NCBI GenBank assembly: GCA_965113315.1
Contig: OZ220375.1
Strand: one strand, 5' to 3'
Length of the DNA: 64,000 nt
DNA from: Podarcis vaucheri
Lineage: Eukaryota
Of this stretch, positions 12,037-24,400 are shown piece after piece (the first letter of the stretch is position 1; each line of letters starts with the position of its first letter). The notes beneath the pieces are model-generated. The model was not told where the DNA came from. It did no database searches and saw only the letters and a program-made list of their open reading frames with translations. Made by a program: the position numbers and the translations under genes.

Positions 12037-13683
12037 AAAGGGCTGTAAATTTACATTTATTCCACCCACACCCCTTAATTTTCTTCAAGGTGATAATTGT
12101 AGGATACAAGGTTCTCACTTTAATCCCCCCACCCTGGTAGCCTTGTGGTGTAGTTTATGTTGAGAAAAAGTAAATGGCCTGAGGCTGCCCAATGTGCTTT
12201 ATGACCGATCATGGATTTTACCCAAGTTTCTTCTTCATCACAGCATCCTAGACTTTACGACAAACAAAACATATTTAAAGTTATTATTAAAAATGTTCTA
12301 AATTTGTATGTCTATATTCTCTCAAATTTGTTTTTAGATGTTCTGTAGAATCTGTAATAATGGAACCATCCAACAAAAAGATGATATGCTATTATTTGTA
12401 AAGCATCTCTTGTATTTTTGTTTAAAATAAAAAATAAGGGTAGAAATGTTGAAGACAATATATTTTAGCCACAATAAATCAATTAATAAATTATTGGTTG
12501 GATCTTATTGTGTTAGCAGTCATGGAAATATGAGAAGTACTTTAAATACAGTATATTAATTTTAAAAACTCCAAGAGAGGAAAAAGACAAGGGGAAAAAA
12601 TGTGGTGGGATTGCAATGTTAAACCCAAGTCAAAATTAAATGAATATTTTAGGACTAAGGTTGCTTCCAGATGACCTATTTATTGTAGGGTTGTGCACTG
12701 GGTTCAGCCAAAGCCCAAATCCTGAACTGAAATCAGCTGATTCAGAACCAACTGATTCAGCATGTATCCTCTGGAAAGTTGCTCAGAAGATAATGTGGCC
12801 CTCACTTTGAAAAATGTCCCCTATCCCTGCAATGCACATTCCTATGGGCTTATCTCTAAGTAGACGTACATAGGACTATGCTGTTAAAATCCTATTGATT
12901 TTAATGGAACATGTTGCACATCAGATCTTAGTGTATTGCATAACATTTTATTTAGTCCCTGTGGTGATTCTGACAGTCTCATGAGAATCATTTTATGAAC
13001 AAATGTTATCTAATCAGCTGGAAGGGTGTAGTTGTTAAAGGATCGTTTGGTGAGCCATAGTAGCTGAGTGAAAGGAAGAGAATGTTTAGCACCATCTGAA
13101 ATAACTCTTAGAAAGAATATGAAACCTTTGTAGGTCAGTTATCATATGTGCACCAGGGAGGTCATCTGAACAAGTGATTTTCTATTGACTGAATAAGCTA
13201 TTAAAACAGCTTATTCTGGAGTACCTCTGAAGTGCGTGAGGTTCCAAAAAGATCAAATACAATTCTACAACAGCAATGGCAGGAACACAAATGAATATTC
13301 CTCTGATCTCTCTGTGTCCCCAAGCATCTTTAGAATGTATCGCCTGGAAATGCAGCTGATTTTTTTGCTGAAGATTTGGTTTAATGGTAAAAGAACACCT
13401 GTGAAGCACGGAGCGTGATTTATGTGAGTCACAAAATGCCTTATAAAAATTAAAATCTTCTGTGATATCATGTCAGTTACAAATACATTTATTTTTAAAA
13501 TATTTTTTTAGCAAAGTTGGGTGGGTGTTTAGTGTTCAGGTGTTTTTTTTATCTGAATAGAAAATTTTTGAATCCCCCAGCAGGAAGACCCGTATGCAGC
13601 CTCCATACAGCAGGATAAAGTAACATAATGCAGGGATGAATATAAGGGCAGCATTGATAAAGGATATGGATAGTTAAGGACAG

Positions 13684-13834
13684 NNNNNNNNNNNNNNNNN
13701 NNNNNNNNNNNNNNNNNNNNNNNNNNNNNNNNNNNNNNNNNNNNNNNNNNNNNNNNNNNNNNNNNNNNNNNNNNNNNNNNNNNNNNNNNNNNNNNNNNNN
13801 NNNNNNNNNNNNNNNNNNNNNNNNNNNNNNNNNN
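13684..13834. other. Assembly gap (N run)
   Basis: Run of Ns. Confidence 1.
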
Positions 13835-14368
13835 GCCAAGTAAGATTGTCTTCCATGGACACAGTCTTAACAGTGTGTGCGTCCGTAAGTGACTGCGGAG
13901 GCCAATTCCACACATCCTTCCACAGTGGGGACATAGGTCTCAAGGTAAAACAAGGCTAGCAGGAGGAGAGCCTTTGGGTGCCACTACAGGTAGCAAAATC
14001 TTATCAGCTCGCAGTGACTGATTCAGTAACTTGCATATTCTTACAAAAACAAAAACAAAACTAACCCCACCACTGACCTTTACACTGGAACATAGCGTCT
14101 CTCCAGCTTTTTAGGCAGGTCCCTTTCTCAAATCTAGTTAAGATTCCAGGGATTGCATCTAGGACCTAATGCATGCAAAACATTTGCTCTATCCCTGAGC
14201 TGTACCCCCACCCTCGTAGTTCAATACAACACTGTTTTCCATGCAGCCAACTTTATGCTTCTCAGTTGTTCATCTGCCTTTCCCCTTTTTCATTATTCAG
14301 CTCATCTTCTGTTTCTCCATTTGCCTTACCTTACTGCTCCATTTTTTCCCCTCTTGGAAGAAAAAGGA

Positions 14369-14370
<2 letters not shown>

Positions 14371-14406
<36 letters not shown>
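14371..14406. repeat. (CA)n microsatellite
   Basis: Read directly from the sequence. Confidence 0.95.
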
Positions 14407-14408
<2 letters not shown>

Positions 14409-14772
14409 CACACATGCACACAGAAACATACATATTCATTTTGCCTTCCAGGAATATTAATTTTAAATATGATTCTTTAACAGCAAACATAAACATGAAC
14501 ACACGATTATGTTGTGTTTCCTTGAGTGTGTCCTGTCACCAGGCTTACCTCTATTTGTCTTTTTTTTTAATCTCTTGCTATATTATCTATGTGCCTGAAA
14601 AAAATAAGTTGCAAGTTGTCATTTTATGTTATTATATGATATTGTATTTCACTCCATGGTATTTTATTTTATTTGTATTTTTGTATCATTTTACTTTTGT
14701 GAGGTCTTATATTAAATAATTCCCCCTCCCACCCACCAGTTCTACTTCTTTCTCTCAGGAATCCTTGAAACC

Positions 14773-15726
14773 ATGACAGAGAATCAAACTGTTATTACAG
14801 ACTTCATCTTCCTTAACTTTCCAGAACTGCATCGGCTGGAACATCTCATGGGAGTCATCCTCCTTGCATGCTACCTGCTCACTGTATCTGGAAACCTCAT
14901 GATCATCATGATCATCATTCATGATCATCACCTACACACACCCATGTACTTCTTCTTATGGAATCTTTCCTGCTTAGAGATTTTAATTACAACCACTGTA
15001 GTGCCAAAGGTGCTGACTAGTCTTCTGCTGGGCTTCACAACAATTTCGTACCCAGCTTGCCTTTCTCAGTGCTATTTCTTCTTCTTCTTAGGAAGCAGTG
15101 ACTTTGTCCTATTAGCAGTCATGTCATACGACCGCTATGTGGCTATTTGCAACCCATTGCGCTACACAGCAATTATGAGTACTCAGCTCTGCCCATGGCT
15201 AGTCCTCGGATCTTGTACTGTTGCCTTTTTGGCTACCATCTTTCCCACCATCCTGATTATAAATCTACCTTTCTGCAACAACAATAATATTGATCACTTT
15301 TTCTGTGACAGTGTAGCCTTGATGAAGCTGGCTTGTGCTGACACTAGTCTTGTGGAGCTACTGAGTTTCTTCTCATCCTCAGTCACAGTGATGGGATCCT
15401 TAATTTTCACAGTGGTGTCCTACATTTACATAATAAAAACCATTCTCAAGATCCCGTCTGCCTCTGGGCGCCACAAGGCATTCTCTACCTGTTCCTCCCA
15501 CTTTATTATTGTCAGTCTTGGCTATGGTAGCTGCATCTTCATGTATGTACGGCCCTCAGGCAGCAATCCATCAATTAATAAGGTGGTATCTTTGATCAAT
15601 ACGGTGCTGACACCCCTGATGAGTCCATTCATCTTCAGTCTGAGAAATCAGCAGGTGAAAGATGCCCTCAAGTCACTTTTTATTAAGCATGCAGTCTACT
15701 CAAAGAATAACCCAAAGCTGGGATAA
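14773..15726 (+). CDS. Olfactory receptor, intact, 317 aa (family 6/9A-like)
   Basis: LHTPMYFFLWNLS, MSYDRYVAICNPLRY, KAFSTCSSH and PLMSPFIFSLRN; acceptor TTCTCTCAG 14 nt upstream of the ATG. Confidence 0.95.
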   Translation: MTENQTVITDFIFLNFPELHRLEHLMGVILLACYLLTVSGNLMIIMIIIHDHHLHTPMYFFLWNLSCLEILITTTVVPKVLTSLLLGFTTISYPACLSQCYFFFFLGSSDFVLLAVMSYDRYVAICNPLRYTAIMSTQLCPWLVLGSCTVAFLATIFPTILIINLPFCNNNNIDHFFCDSVALMKLACADTSLVELLSFFSSSVTVMGSLIFTVVSYIYIIKTILKIPSASGRHKAFSTCSSHFIIVSLGYGSCIFMYVRPSGSNPSINKVVSLINTVLTPLMSPFIFSLRNQQVKDALKSLFIKHAVYSKNNPKLG

Positions 15727-16640
15727 TGGTTTTTAAATAGAAAACATGTAGGTGAAATTAAATGAAGGGGGGAGTTTCCTTTCAATTGTCTGTTGTTATT
15801 AGATAATCCACAAGATTTCAACTTTTCAGGTATAGTTTATATTAATTAGGGGGTCATGTGTAACTTCTTCACTTAGAGGGGGGAGAACTTCTTGCACTAC
15901 ATAATTTAGACTACTGGAAACTTCAGATTAGATTACTGATATTTCATGACTCTCTATTTTCTTTTAATTAAAAATGCATTTATTGTACTGTATTGTTTTT
16001 ACCTTTCTCGTGTTGTAAATCACTTTGATATGTTTTGTGATTTAGCTGTATATAAATGCTTTTATAAATTAAATAAATAAATATTAGAACTCTGTGATCA
16101 ATAGTTACCACTATTTATTGTTTAGTATATCTGCTAGCTGCTATATACCTTTACTGTGATACATTATTCACTCAACTATCAAATATTTTGAAATGCCTAT
16201 ATATGAAATTCAAAAAATCTGAGGTAGACTTCATTACATAGTTGTTTTGGGTAACTTAGTACTAGAACTCAGTTTATTTCAGTTTGTCCCAGCTATTTAC
16301 ATAGAAGAGCATCTGGAGAGAAAAATAAGATTTGAATTTTAAATCCACTGGTAGTTTTGTTTATATATGCACAAGCACAAGTTGTTTAATGACTTGATTC
16401 CAGGTTCAGGGAAACTTCTGAACTCTCCTTTTGTGGCACATTAGGCCCAGTGTATGGGGGAAATGGAGCTGATGAAGAATGAAATAGTGGGTAGCATTCT
16501 TGAGGGGTTTCTCAGACAACAGTTAGGCAGGGAACTGAGCCCCCGGAGGTAATTGTGATGTTCCCAGGAGGCAACACTTGCAAAAATTCCCAGCAAAAAC
16601 CATGCCAACCACCACCCAGTAGTGAATGCTTGTTGTAAGA

Positions 16641-16814
16641 CAGGCATGTCCAAAGTCTGTTTTGGGGGCCTAATCCAGCCTGCCAGTCGGTTTAATCCAG
16701 CTCCCTGTGGCAGTTATTTCCTGGGGTAAAAGCTCAACAACTTTGGTCAGCCTCTTGGTCGGCCCTTCACGTCATCAAATCTGGCCCTCTTTGAAAAAAG
16801 TTTGGACACCACTG
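16641..16814. mobile_element. hAT-like MITE remnant
   Basis: Imperfect TIRs CAGGCATGTCCAAA / TTTGGACACCACTG; no intact TSD. Confidence 0.45.
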
Positions 16815-17423
16815 TAAATGCAGATGGAATGGAGATCATGATTCTTGGAATGCAGCGGGGTGCCTCCGAACACGCAAACTACAAAAATAAATGCAAAATA
16901 AATATCTGCTCCAAAGCAGGGCGAGGTTGGGGATCCCTGTCTGTACTTCTTAATTACTCTGTATAGTACTAGAGAGTACTATACGGCATGCTATAGATGT
17001 GTGAAACTGTGTATGTGACCCAAGAATGGAAAGGGTGCACAGCTTTGCTAGTTATATTATGGACTGATTTAGGCAAAGGGTGCCCACAATGACAATGGAA
17101 TCAAATATCTCTCCATTAGCAGTTGGCTTTCTTCAGTGAGTAATCTAAGTTATCATAGTGCACAATGGCAGAATATAAATACTTTAAGCAAATGAACAAA
17201 CTCTTCTGAGCACTTCAGGGACATCTATGGATTGCTTCTGTGAGTCATTAACATTAGCAATAATCAGTTAGCTTCTCTCTAACTGAAGAGGAAAACACAT
17301 TTAATTTTGCAAGTGTCCCCCCCCACCCAAAAGCCATAAGCACATGGTAGACTTAGATACATGTCCTAAAGCCAATTCTAATATGGTAATGACCGCTCCC
17401 TGCTTAAAACGGGGGGCGCCCTT

Positions 17424-18219
17424 TGTGTGGACGCGTGCAGCCCCTAGATCTGGAGCGGCCCCAACAGCATAGGCTTGGTTTGCCTTCCCTCAGGTGGGAT
17501 ACCTGGAGGTCTCCGCCTACCTCAGTCATTTGTCCAATCCCACCTGGGGGAAGCGTTGCCAAGGAGACCAGGCCAGGTAGGGGAGGGATTACCTGCCCAC
17601 ACAATAGAGGGAGGATCTTACCTAGGAATCCTCACTTGGCTCCAGAGCTTCTCCCACCCTACCCACCCTCAGTTAATGTCTTATTTTTCAGGTTAACTTT
17701 TATTCACAAGTATGCGGGCGCTGCTACGATAAGGTCGCTGTTAAAGGGCCGGAAAGGAATTTCCCTGCATTGGCAGGTTTCGCCTTTCCCGTAGCAAAAC
17801 GTCACAACTTTGCCGGTATCAGGCCTTGGGCAGAATCCTTTTGTCCATCTTCCTCTTGCGGCGGCGATACCAGGGTTCCCCGTTAAAGGGGTTTTCTGAA
17901 GGGAGGCTTTGGCCGTACACCGAAAGGTCGTCATTGCTCTCTCCTGCGGCGGCGGCGTTACGGGGGCGGCCATCTCTGCTTGAACATATGTTCTCCAGAG
18001 CCGGCCCACCCCCACCCCCACACTGGATAACCCTGATGCTCCCTAGGTCCCCGGCTGGGGACCGGGGAGGGAGAACGCCCAATGCCTGAGCCAAGGTCTA
18101 CCCACATTTGAAATTTAATAAAGTTGTGGCCAATTTAATCCCATAGCACGTTGTCTTGAGTCGTTATTCCACATGACGGGGGGACCGTGCAGGATCTGGG
18201 GACTTCGCCTGTCCACGCA
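17424..18219 (+). mobile_element. LTR-like element copy 2 (~800 bp, CpG-rich, relatively young)
   Basis: TG..CA ends with inverted termini TGTGTGGAC/GTCCACGCA, and AATAAA at 18117 ~100 nt before the end. A G-rich tract (TTAAAACGGGGGG) lies just 5'. Superfamily (ERV/Gypsy LTR vs DIRS/Ngaro terminal repeat) cannot be determined by eye. Confidence 0.65.
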
Positions 18220-18979
18220 AAGCACAAGGCAGATATTCTGATCCCAGGACGTTTCTTTCTCAGCTTCCCTTCACAAGACCAATCCTATGCCTTACACTAT
18301 TTTTTCCCCTTTCAAAACAAAAAAGTATAGCACAGTACAGCTGAGATTTTGCAGATATGTTTTCCAGCTACATTGCTATACCTGGAAGCACAATTGTTGG
18401 GAGAGTATTGCCACCCCTGCAATTATTGAAATAATTGCTTCTCTCCCCGCCACCTGCTTTCTGAGGCCCTGTGGATACACAGATGCTACTTGCAAAATAT
18501 TTTGCGTGTGTTTGATACAATACCTGCCAACTGTTAACTTGTATAAATAAGGCATTTTAAATACATTGTCAAGACCACGGGAAAAGACAGTGTTGATACT
18601 GTCTATCTAAGATTTTTGTGGTCTAAAGAACCAGCATTGGTTGGAGATGTGTGTGTGCGTCTCAGTTTGACTACACTGTTGCAGATATTGGTAGACTATT
18701 ACTTGCTTTGACTTTGGTGCTATGCTGCAGTTAAATGATCTATTAACCTCACTCCTGTAGCTAGTTCACTGAAGGAAAATGTGCTGTGCAGTCCATAGGT
18801 CATGACATTAGGCTAAATGAGGCACCAGTTTCAACAAATGAGTAAGTTCAGCTTGGAAAGAGAAAAGGCTTCTCTCTGGGAGGTCTGTTGTAGCTTAGGT
18901 TGCAATTCTGTGTGCTAGAGACTTCTATCCAGTTTTGGCCATTGTTGGGTGAAGTGCTTTGCTGGTTTACAAAACAGTT

Positions 18980-21449
18980 ATGCTACTCATTCTATTGCTA
19001 CTCCTAACTCCTCACACAGTTCAGCAAAGTATGATATGTAGCCACAGTTCAGAAAGAGATCTGGTAATGTCTGAGAAATATGAGCGAGGGGGTCATACTA
19101 TTGGTGGTGTTTTTTCATTCCGTATAGCTGCATTTGAATTCAACAGCTTTCGGGAATCTGCTGCTGATGCTGGTATTTATCTGACAAGGTAAGCACTATG
19201 CATTTTTTAGAAATATAAAAAATGTCCTTGGCTACATTTGAATAAATACAAAAAAGCCCCTCACCCCACACTTGCACACGTGTTTCAAAAATTAATTGGT
19301 ATCTATTTTTTTATTATCTATTTAATTTTCAAAGGGCTTAATCACATGAAGATGCCCTATAATTCTCTGGTTCATATTTTTAAAAAATAAAATAGAAATC
19401 ATTTTAATATGATAGCTGATTCAGAGAGTATGCCAAAATCTACATGCAAATATTCTCAGAAAGAGAATGGCAGAGCCACTGACCATCCTTCAAAAAGCTA
19501 AACAACTTTGGCTGATCTCTTAAAAAAAGCTCCACCCCAGGCGCCAGCAGGGGTTGCTATGCTGCCATCTGTGCTGGATCCAAACGGAAGAAGCAATATG
19601 GTTTTGGTTGTTAATGCATTGAGCCCCTCACTCCTATGTTCATGTTGCATCTTATGTCTATATCCCAAAGACACTACAGTCTCAGCTGACATCCATTCCA
19701 AGGAAACTGAACACTAGAAAAGCATTTACTTCGGCGTGGGGGGGGGTGTTAGTGAAATTTTGAGACTTTGTGCAATGAATAAGAAAAATATATATTTTTT
19801 TATGGCTCATTGTTTATTGAATACTTATACTAGCAATTCAATAACTCAAAACTATATACGTATGCAAATGTCATTACACTTTGATGTTCACATTTGAATG
19901 CAATTAAGGTTGCATGGTCAATGTAATCTCATCTTTTTAGTTCTGCCTCTTTCATTGGAAACATGTATTAGAAATACTGTACTGACATGTCTCACATTTT
20001 TTCTTTAAGTAGTTGCCAGCTGAAAAATTTGTAACTATCAGTCCAATCCATGTTGTAGGATACTACCTAAGAATATCCAACATTTCCTGGCTTTTTGGTT
20101 TGCTATTATTGAAGTCAACAAGAATCCAAAGCTTTTACCTAATGTCACCCTGGGTTTCCGTCTACTTGACAACTTCTGCGATGGAAGACTCACTTATTTC
20201 ACAACAATGCAGTTGCTCACATCAGGAGGTGTTAGGACCAATAATTATAACTGTGATACAAAGAATAGTGTCTTGGCCATTGTTGGGGGTCTTGCATCTG
20301 AAAACTCCATTGAAATATCAAATATTGCGAGCACCTACAAAATGGCTCAGGTATGGACTTTTGGATTGGGAAGAGAGGTCATGTACTTTCAGAGGACTAT
20401 TCATTCATCAAAATGATTCATTTATTAAACATTCATCCTGATTTGCTTAGACAAAGCACTGTAAAGGTTAGATTTGCAGTCTTAATTGAGCATTCATTCT
20501 GATTGCAAGATAATAAGCATTCACCCTCATTTCTTTGTGCACATTTTATATGTGTTGCTGCTAATTGTATGTATACACCCAAACACATGGTTTTTCTTAT
20601 ATTGTTTATATTGGCTGAAACAGAATTTCATGTAAGCAAACAACCTGCAAGGCTTTCAAGAACATTTGCAAAATTTTCACTATATTTTCCTCCCCCATCC
20701 TGGATGTTTTAGCTCTTTTCAATTGATTCATTGCAACTATATATATGCTTGTGCTTATAATTACCTTAGCAGATCTTACAAAAGATAAGTGATAGAGATG
20801 GCTAGAGATGGATACATGGAGATAGCTAGACAGCTAGCTAGACTTTCGTCAAAGGCAAAACAAATGCCATGGATCTGCACAAAATCAAAACCCTTTGAAA
20901 TTAACAACATATAATATTACATTAGAGATCAAAGGGCCAGTTTCATTTTTTTTGTTTCCTTACCATTTTGAGTCAACAGAAGTTAACACTGGGATTCATG
21001 GTCTTACATGTCTTGCAATTTAAGCCCCTACTTGGACTCAGAGGGCAAGCTGTGGGTGAGAACTCCCCTCCCCCTGAGTATGGTTTCTTGATTTATGAAC
21101 AATGTATCATTCTTTTGCACATAAATGTCCATAGGGAACAATCCCTCCTCCATGGTAAAGTATTATCCTCAGATTCCCAGCTTTCCACTCATCCACACTT
21201 TGTCACGTGCCAAGAAATAATGAGTTCGAGTTTTCTGCTTGTCCCACACTTTCTAGGTGCAGGTGTGACTGGTTTTGCTCTTGCTTTACCACTTTTACTG
21301 GGAAAACCCACTCTTTAGAGATAAATTGGAGCAAATGTTAATCCAGAGAAAACCTGTCTGACATTTGCTCCAGATGAGTGATAAAGATCAAGTTTTCTCT
21401 GGGGGAAAGTGGTAAGGTGAGGTCAATTCTTGATGAGCCCTTTGGGGGG

Positions 21450-21483
<34 letters not shown>

Positions 21484-24400
21484 TTTTCTAGTATTTTTAG
21501 AACCTGAGATGTGAAACAAAATGTAGACATGAATCTCCTTGTGTGTGAGAAATTAGCTTTATCCTTTTTTTCCAGCATTGCTCCCCCAATCTTGCCTCCC
21601 ACTCAAAATTCCTGTGAATGCCCATGTGTATATAATGAACCAGCTATTGATCTTTTGTGTCTATTCTGAGTGGCAGCAGCTCAGCAAATTTTTAAAGAGG
21701 TGTTTGTCGTGAGTCACTTGAACTTTAGATGCACAGGACTGAAGATGGTACCTTCTGAACATTCAGTGACTATGTACCATCAAACACATCGAAATGGCCC
21801 TGTGCAACTCTTTTGCAACAGAGGATTGGCAGATATAATCCCAGTTTGCTTTCAGGCATCTTCTAAACATGGTATTATTCAGGAAGACCTTTTGAACCTG
21901 CAAATCTTTGCCAGCCATATTTTACATTTATAGATACTTAAATACTACATACCCGGGACGCGGGTGGCGCTGTGGGTAAAAGCCTCAGCGCCTAGGGCTT
22001 GCCGATCGAAAGGTCGGCGGTTCGAATCCCCGCGGCGGGGTGCGCTCCCGCTACTCGGTCCCAGGGCCTGCCAACCTAGCAGTTCGAAAGCACCCCCGGG
22101 TGCAAGTAGATAAATAGGTAATGCTTACCAGCGGGAAGGTAAACGGCATTCCGTGTGCTGCGCTGGCTCGCCAGATGCAGCTTTGTCACGCTGGCCATGT
22201 GACCCGGAAGTGTCTCCGGACAGCGCTGGCCCCCGGCCTATAGATGTGAGATGGGCGCACAAACCCCAGAGTCTGTCAAGACTGGCCCGTTCGGGCAGGG
22301 GTACCTTTACCTTTACCATTAAATACTACATATTAGAATTTGTTAAATATAAGACCAACCTAATTAACTTTAGTCTTTTCCAGTTCCAGTAGTGAATATG
22401 TTTATGTGGCTAACTTTCTCTGTTTGTTGTTACAGGTAAGGCTTTACTAGTGAGTGGTTGTACTAGTGAGTACAAAGCTACCAATGTAGTATGCTTCATC
22501 TATGGGTATTCACTAGTAATGTCTAATACAGGGATCACCAACCCATGGATGCCCTTGAGCCTCTTTCTTTCTTTCTTTCTTTCTTTTCAAACACTTTCAT
22601 TGGCTTTTAATAATGACAGGCAGATATAAAAGAAATAAGTGAAATTAAAAAAGGTTTCAAAAAGATTAGTTGACACAATTGTCATGTAATGCAGCTATGT
22701 GATCTACTGAGTCAATAACTAATCATACCGAGTGGCAAAGAATGTGTGGCCCATAATTACAAAGGGTTCCATGGTCTAAATGAAAACATTTTATTATTAT
22801 TGTTATTTCAAAAAAGAAAGTAAAAAGTAATCTTGAACTGTAGCCAATGCTGACACTTACATAGACCTGTAGTACCTGATGCTTCTGAGCCACTGCATTT
22901 GTGTATAAAATAAAATTAGGCCAAGTGGCAAAGAAGCGATCCCTGGGCTTTCATTGGGGGGGGGGGGTAAGTCTCTAGTCCTCCTTGAAAACGAAATGTT
23001 TTGATCTCAGGACATGTCTTTCTGAGCGCTTCCCAGTTACTGCACTTTTCCTGCTTCTACTTTTTTAATGCCCCCTCCCGCTTTACTCTTAAAGATGCTC
23101 TTCACACACAATAGAAATGTGTTTGAAATGAGCATGTCTGGTCAGAGCTATAGTGCCTACAATGCTGTTCATGTCATAGCACATGTTTTACATGAAATGC
23201 ACTTATCCACCTCCAAGCACATAAAGTTGGGGGAAAGAAGCAGATTCGGACTGAGGAATGTGCAGCAGCAGGTAACATGTTTCAATATTTATTATTCTTT
23301 TATTGATAGATGATGCTGATCCTGATGGTGATGATGTGACCAAAGTCAATTTGCCCAACTTGATGCCCTCCCTAATTTGAACTGAAAATCCCATCATCCT
23401 TGATCATTCTCCAGGCTCTAAGATTTCTCCAACAATCCCTACCATATGATGTGATTGTTTTGTTTTGTTTTAAAAAAGCTACACCATATGTTAAGAAACA
23501 TCAGGTTTAACAATAGTGCTGGGGAAGAGATATTTTTTAATGAGCACCAGGAGTCTACAACTGGATATGATATTGTGAATTGCTATGCGTTCCCTAATGG
23601 ATCCCTCATTCGAGCTAAAATTGGAATAATGGACTCCCATACATCAGTACACAAGAAGTTTATCATTAAAGATAATGCAATAACTTGGAACAGTTGGTTC
23701 AACAAGGTGGGTTATTTTAGTCATTAATATTATATGCACAAATAACAAAGTCCTTGTGTCATGCTTCATAAGCCATAAGTTCTGCACCACCCACATGCAA
23801 GAGGAGACATCAGCAGTGTAAGAAGTTCCCCCAGATATCTAGAAAAGTTGGGGAGCCTCTAACCCCCTGCAACTGGCACTTGGGACTCTCACTAAGCCAC
23901 ACTCCTATTTCCTCTGCTTTGTACCCTCCTTTAGAGTTTTTGCCTCACTAGAATGTGCCCTTGAATGCCCACCATCTATTATACAATGGTGTGAGGAAAT
24001 CACATTTGAGCATATTTTCTATAGACATCAATTTCACTTGAATACGTACTTCGACATCTAGAGCGTTTATATGAATTCATACTTTTAACTTAAGATGCAT
24101 GTTCTGATGGTTACTATGTCCACAAAATAACCTATAGTGTTTTATTGTTGTTGTCTTTTTATTAGTATTTTTAAATTTTTCTTTCGTTCTTCACTTTCAG
24201 TGATTTCCCCCCTTCCTTTTCTTACTTAAATATGAAAATAATAGAAGGAAGGAAGGATAGCATGGATAAATTTGCCCCCAACAGAATTGTGATGTGTCAT
24301 TCCTTAGTCATATGCCAGTAAATAGTGTGAGCTTTATTTGAGTCAGGGGTAAGAATGTAATACAACTAGTGCAATAGTCTCTGCTGTTCCCTATGTCACT

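Noticed and set aside
14153-14719. 188-aa ORF upstream of an OR
   Set aside because: Low-complexity translation through (CA)n and T-rich intron sequence, with no domain.
17338-18234. AAGCACATGGTAGA / AAGCACAAGGCAGA on either side of LTR-like copy 2 as a possible duplication
   Set aside because: Only 14 nt with 2 mismatches, and the left copy is not adjacent to the element end.
21740-21765. KMVPSEH resembling the V2R exon-3 motif RMVPNE
   Set aside because: No flanking similarity (no SYG before, no W.W.G after); probably chance, although a decayed relic cannot be fully excluded.
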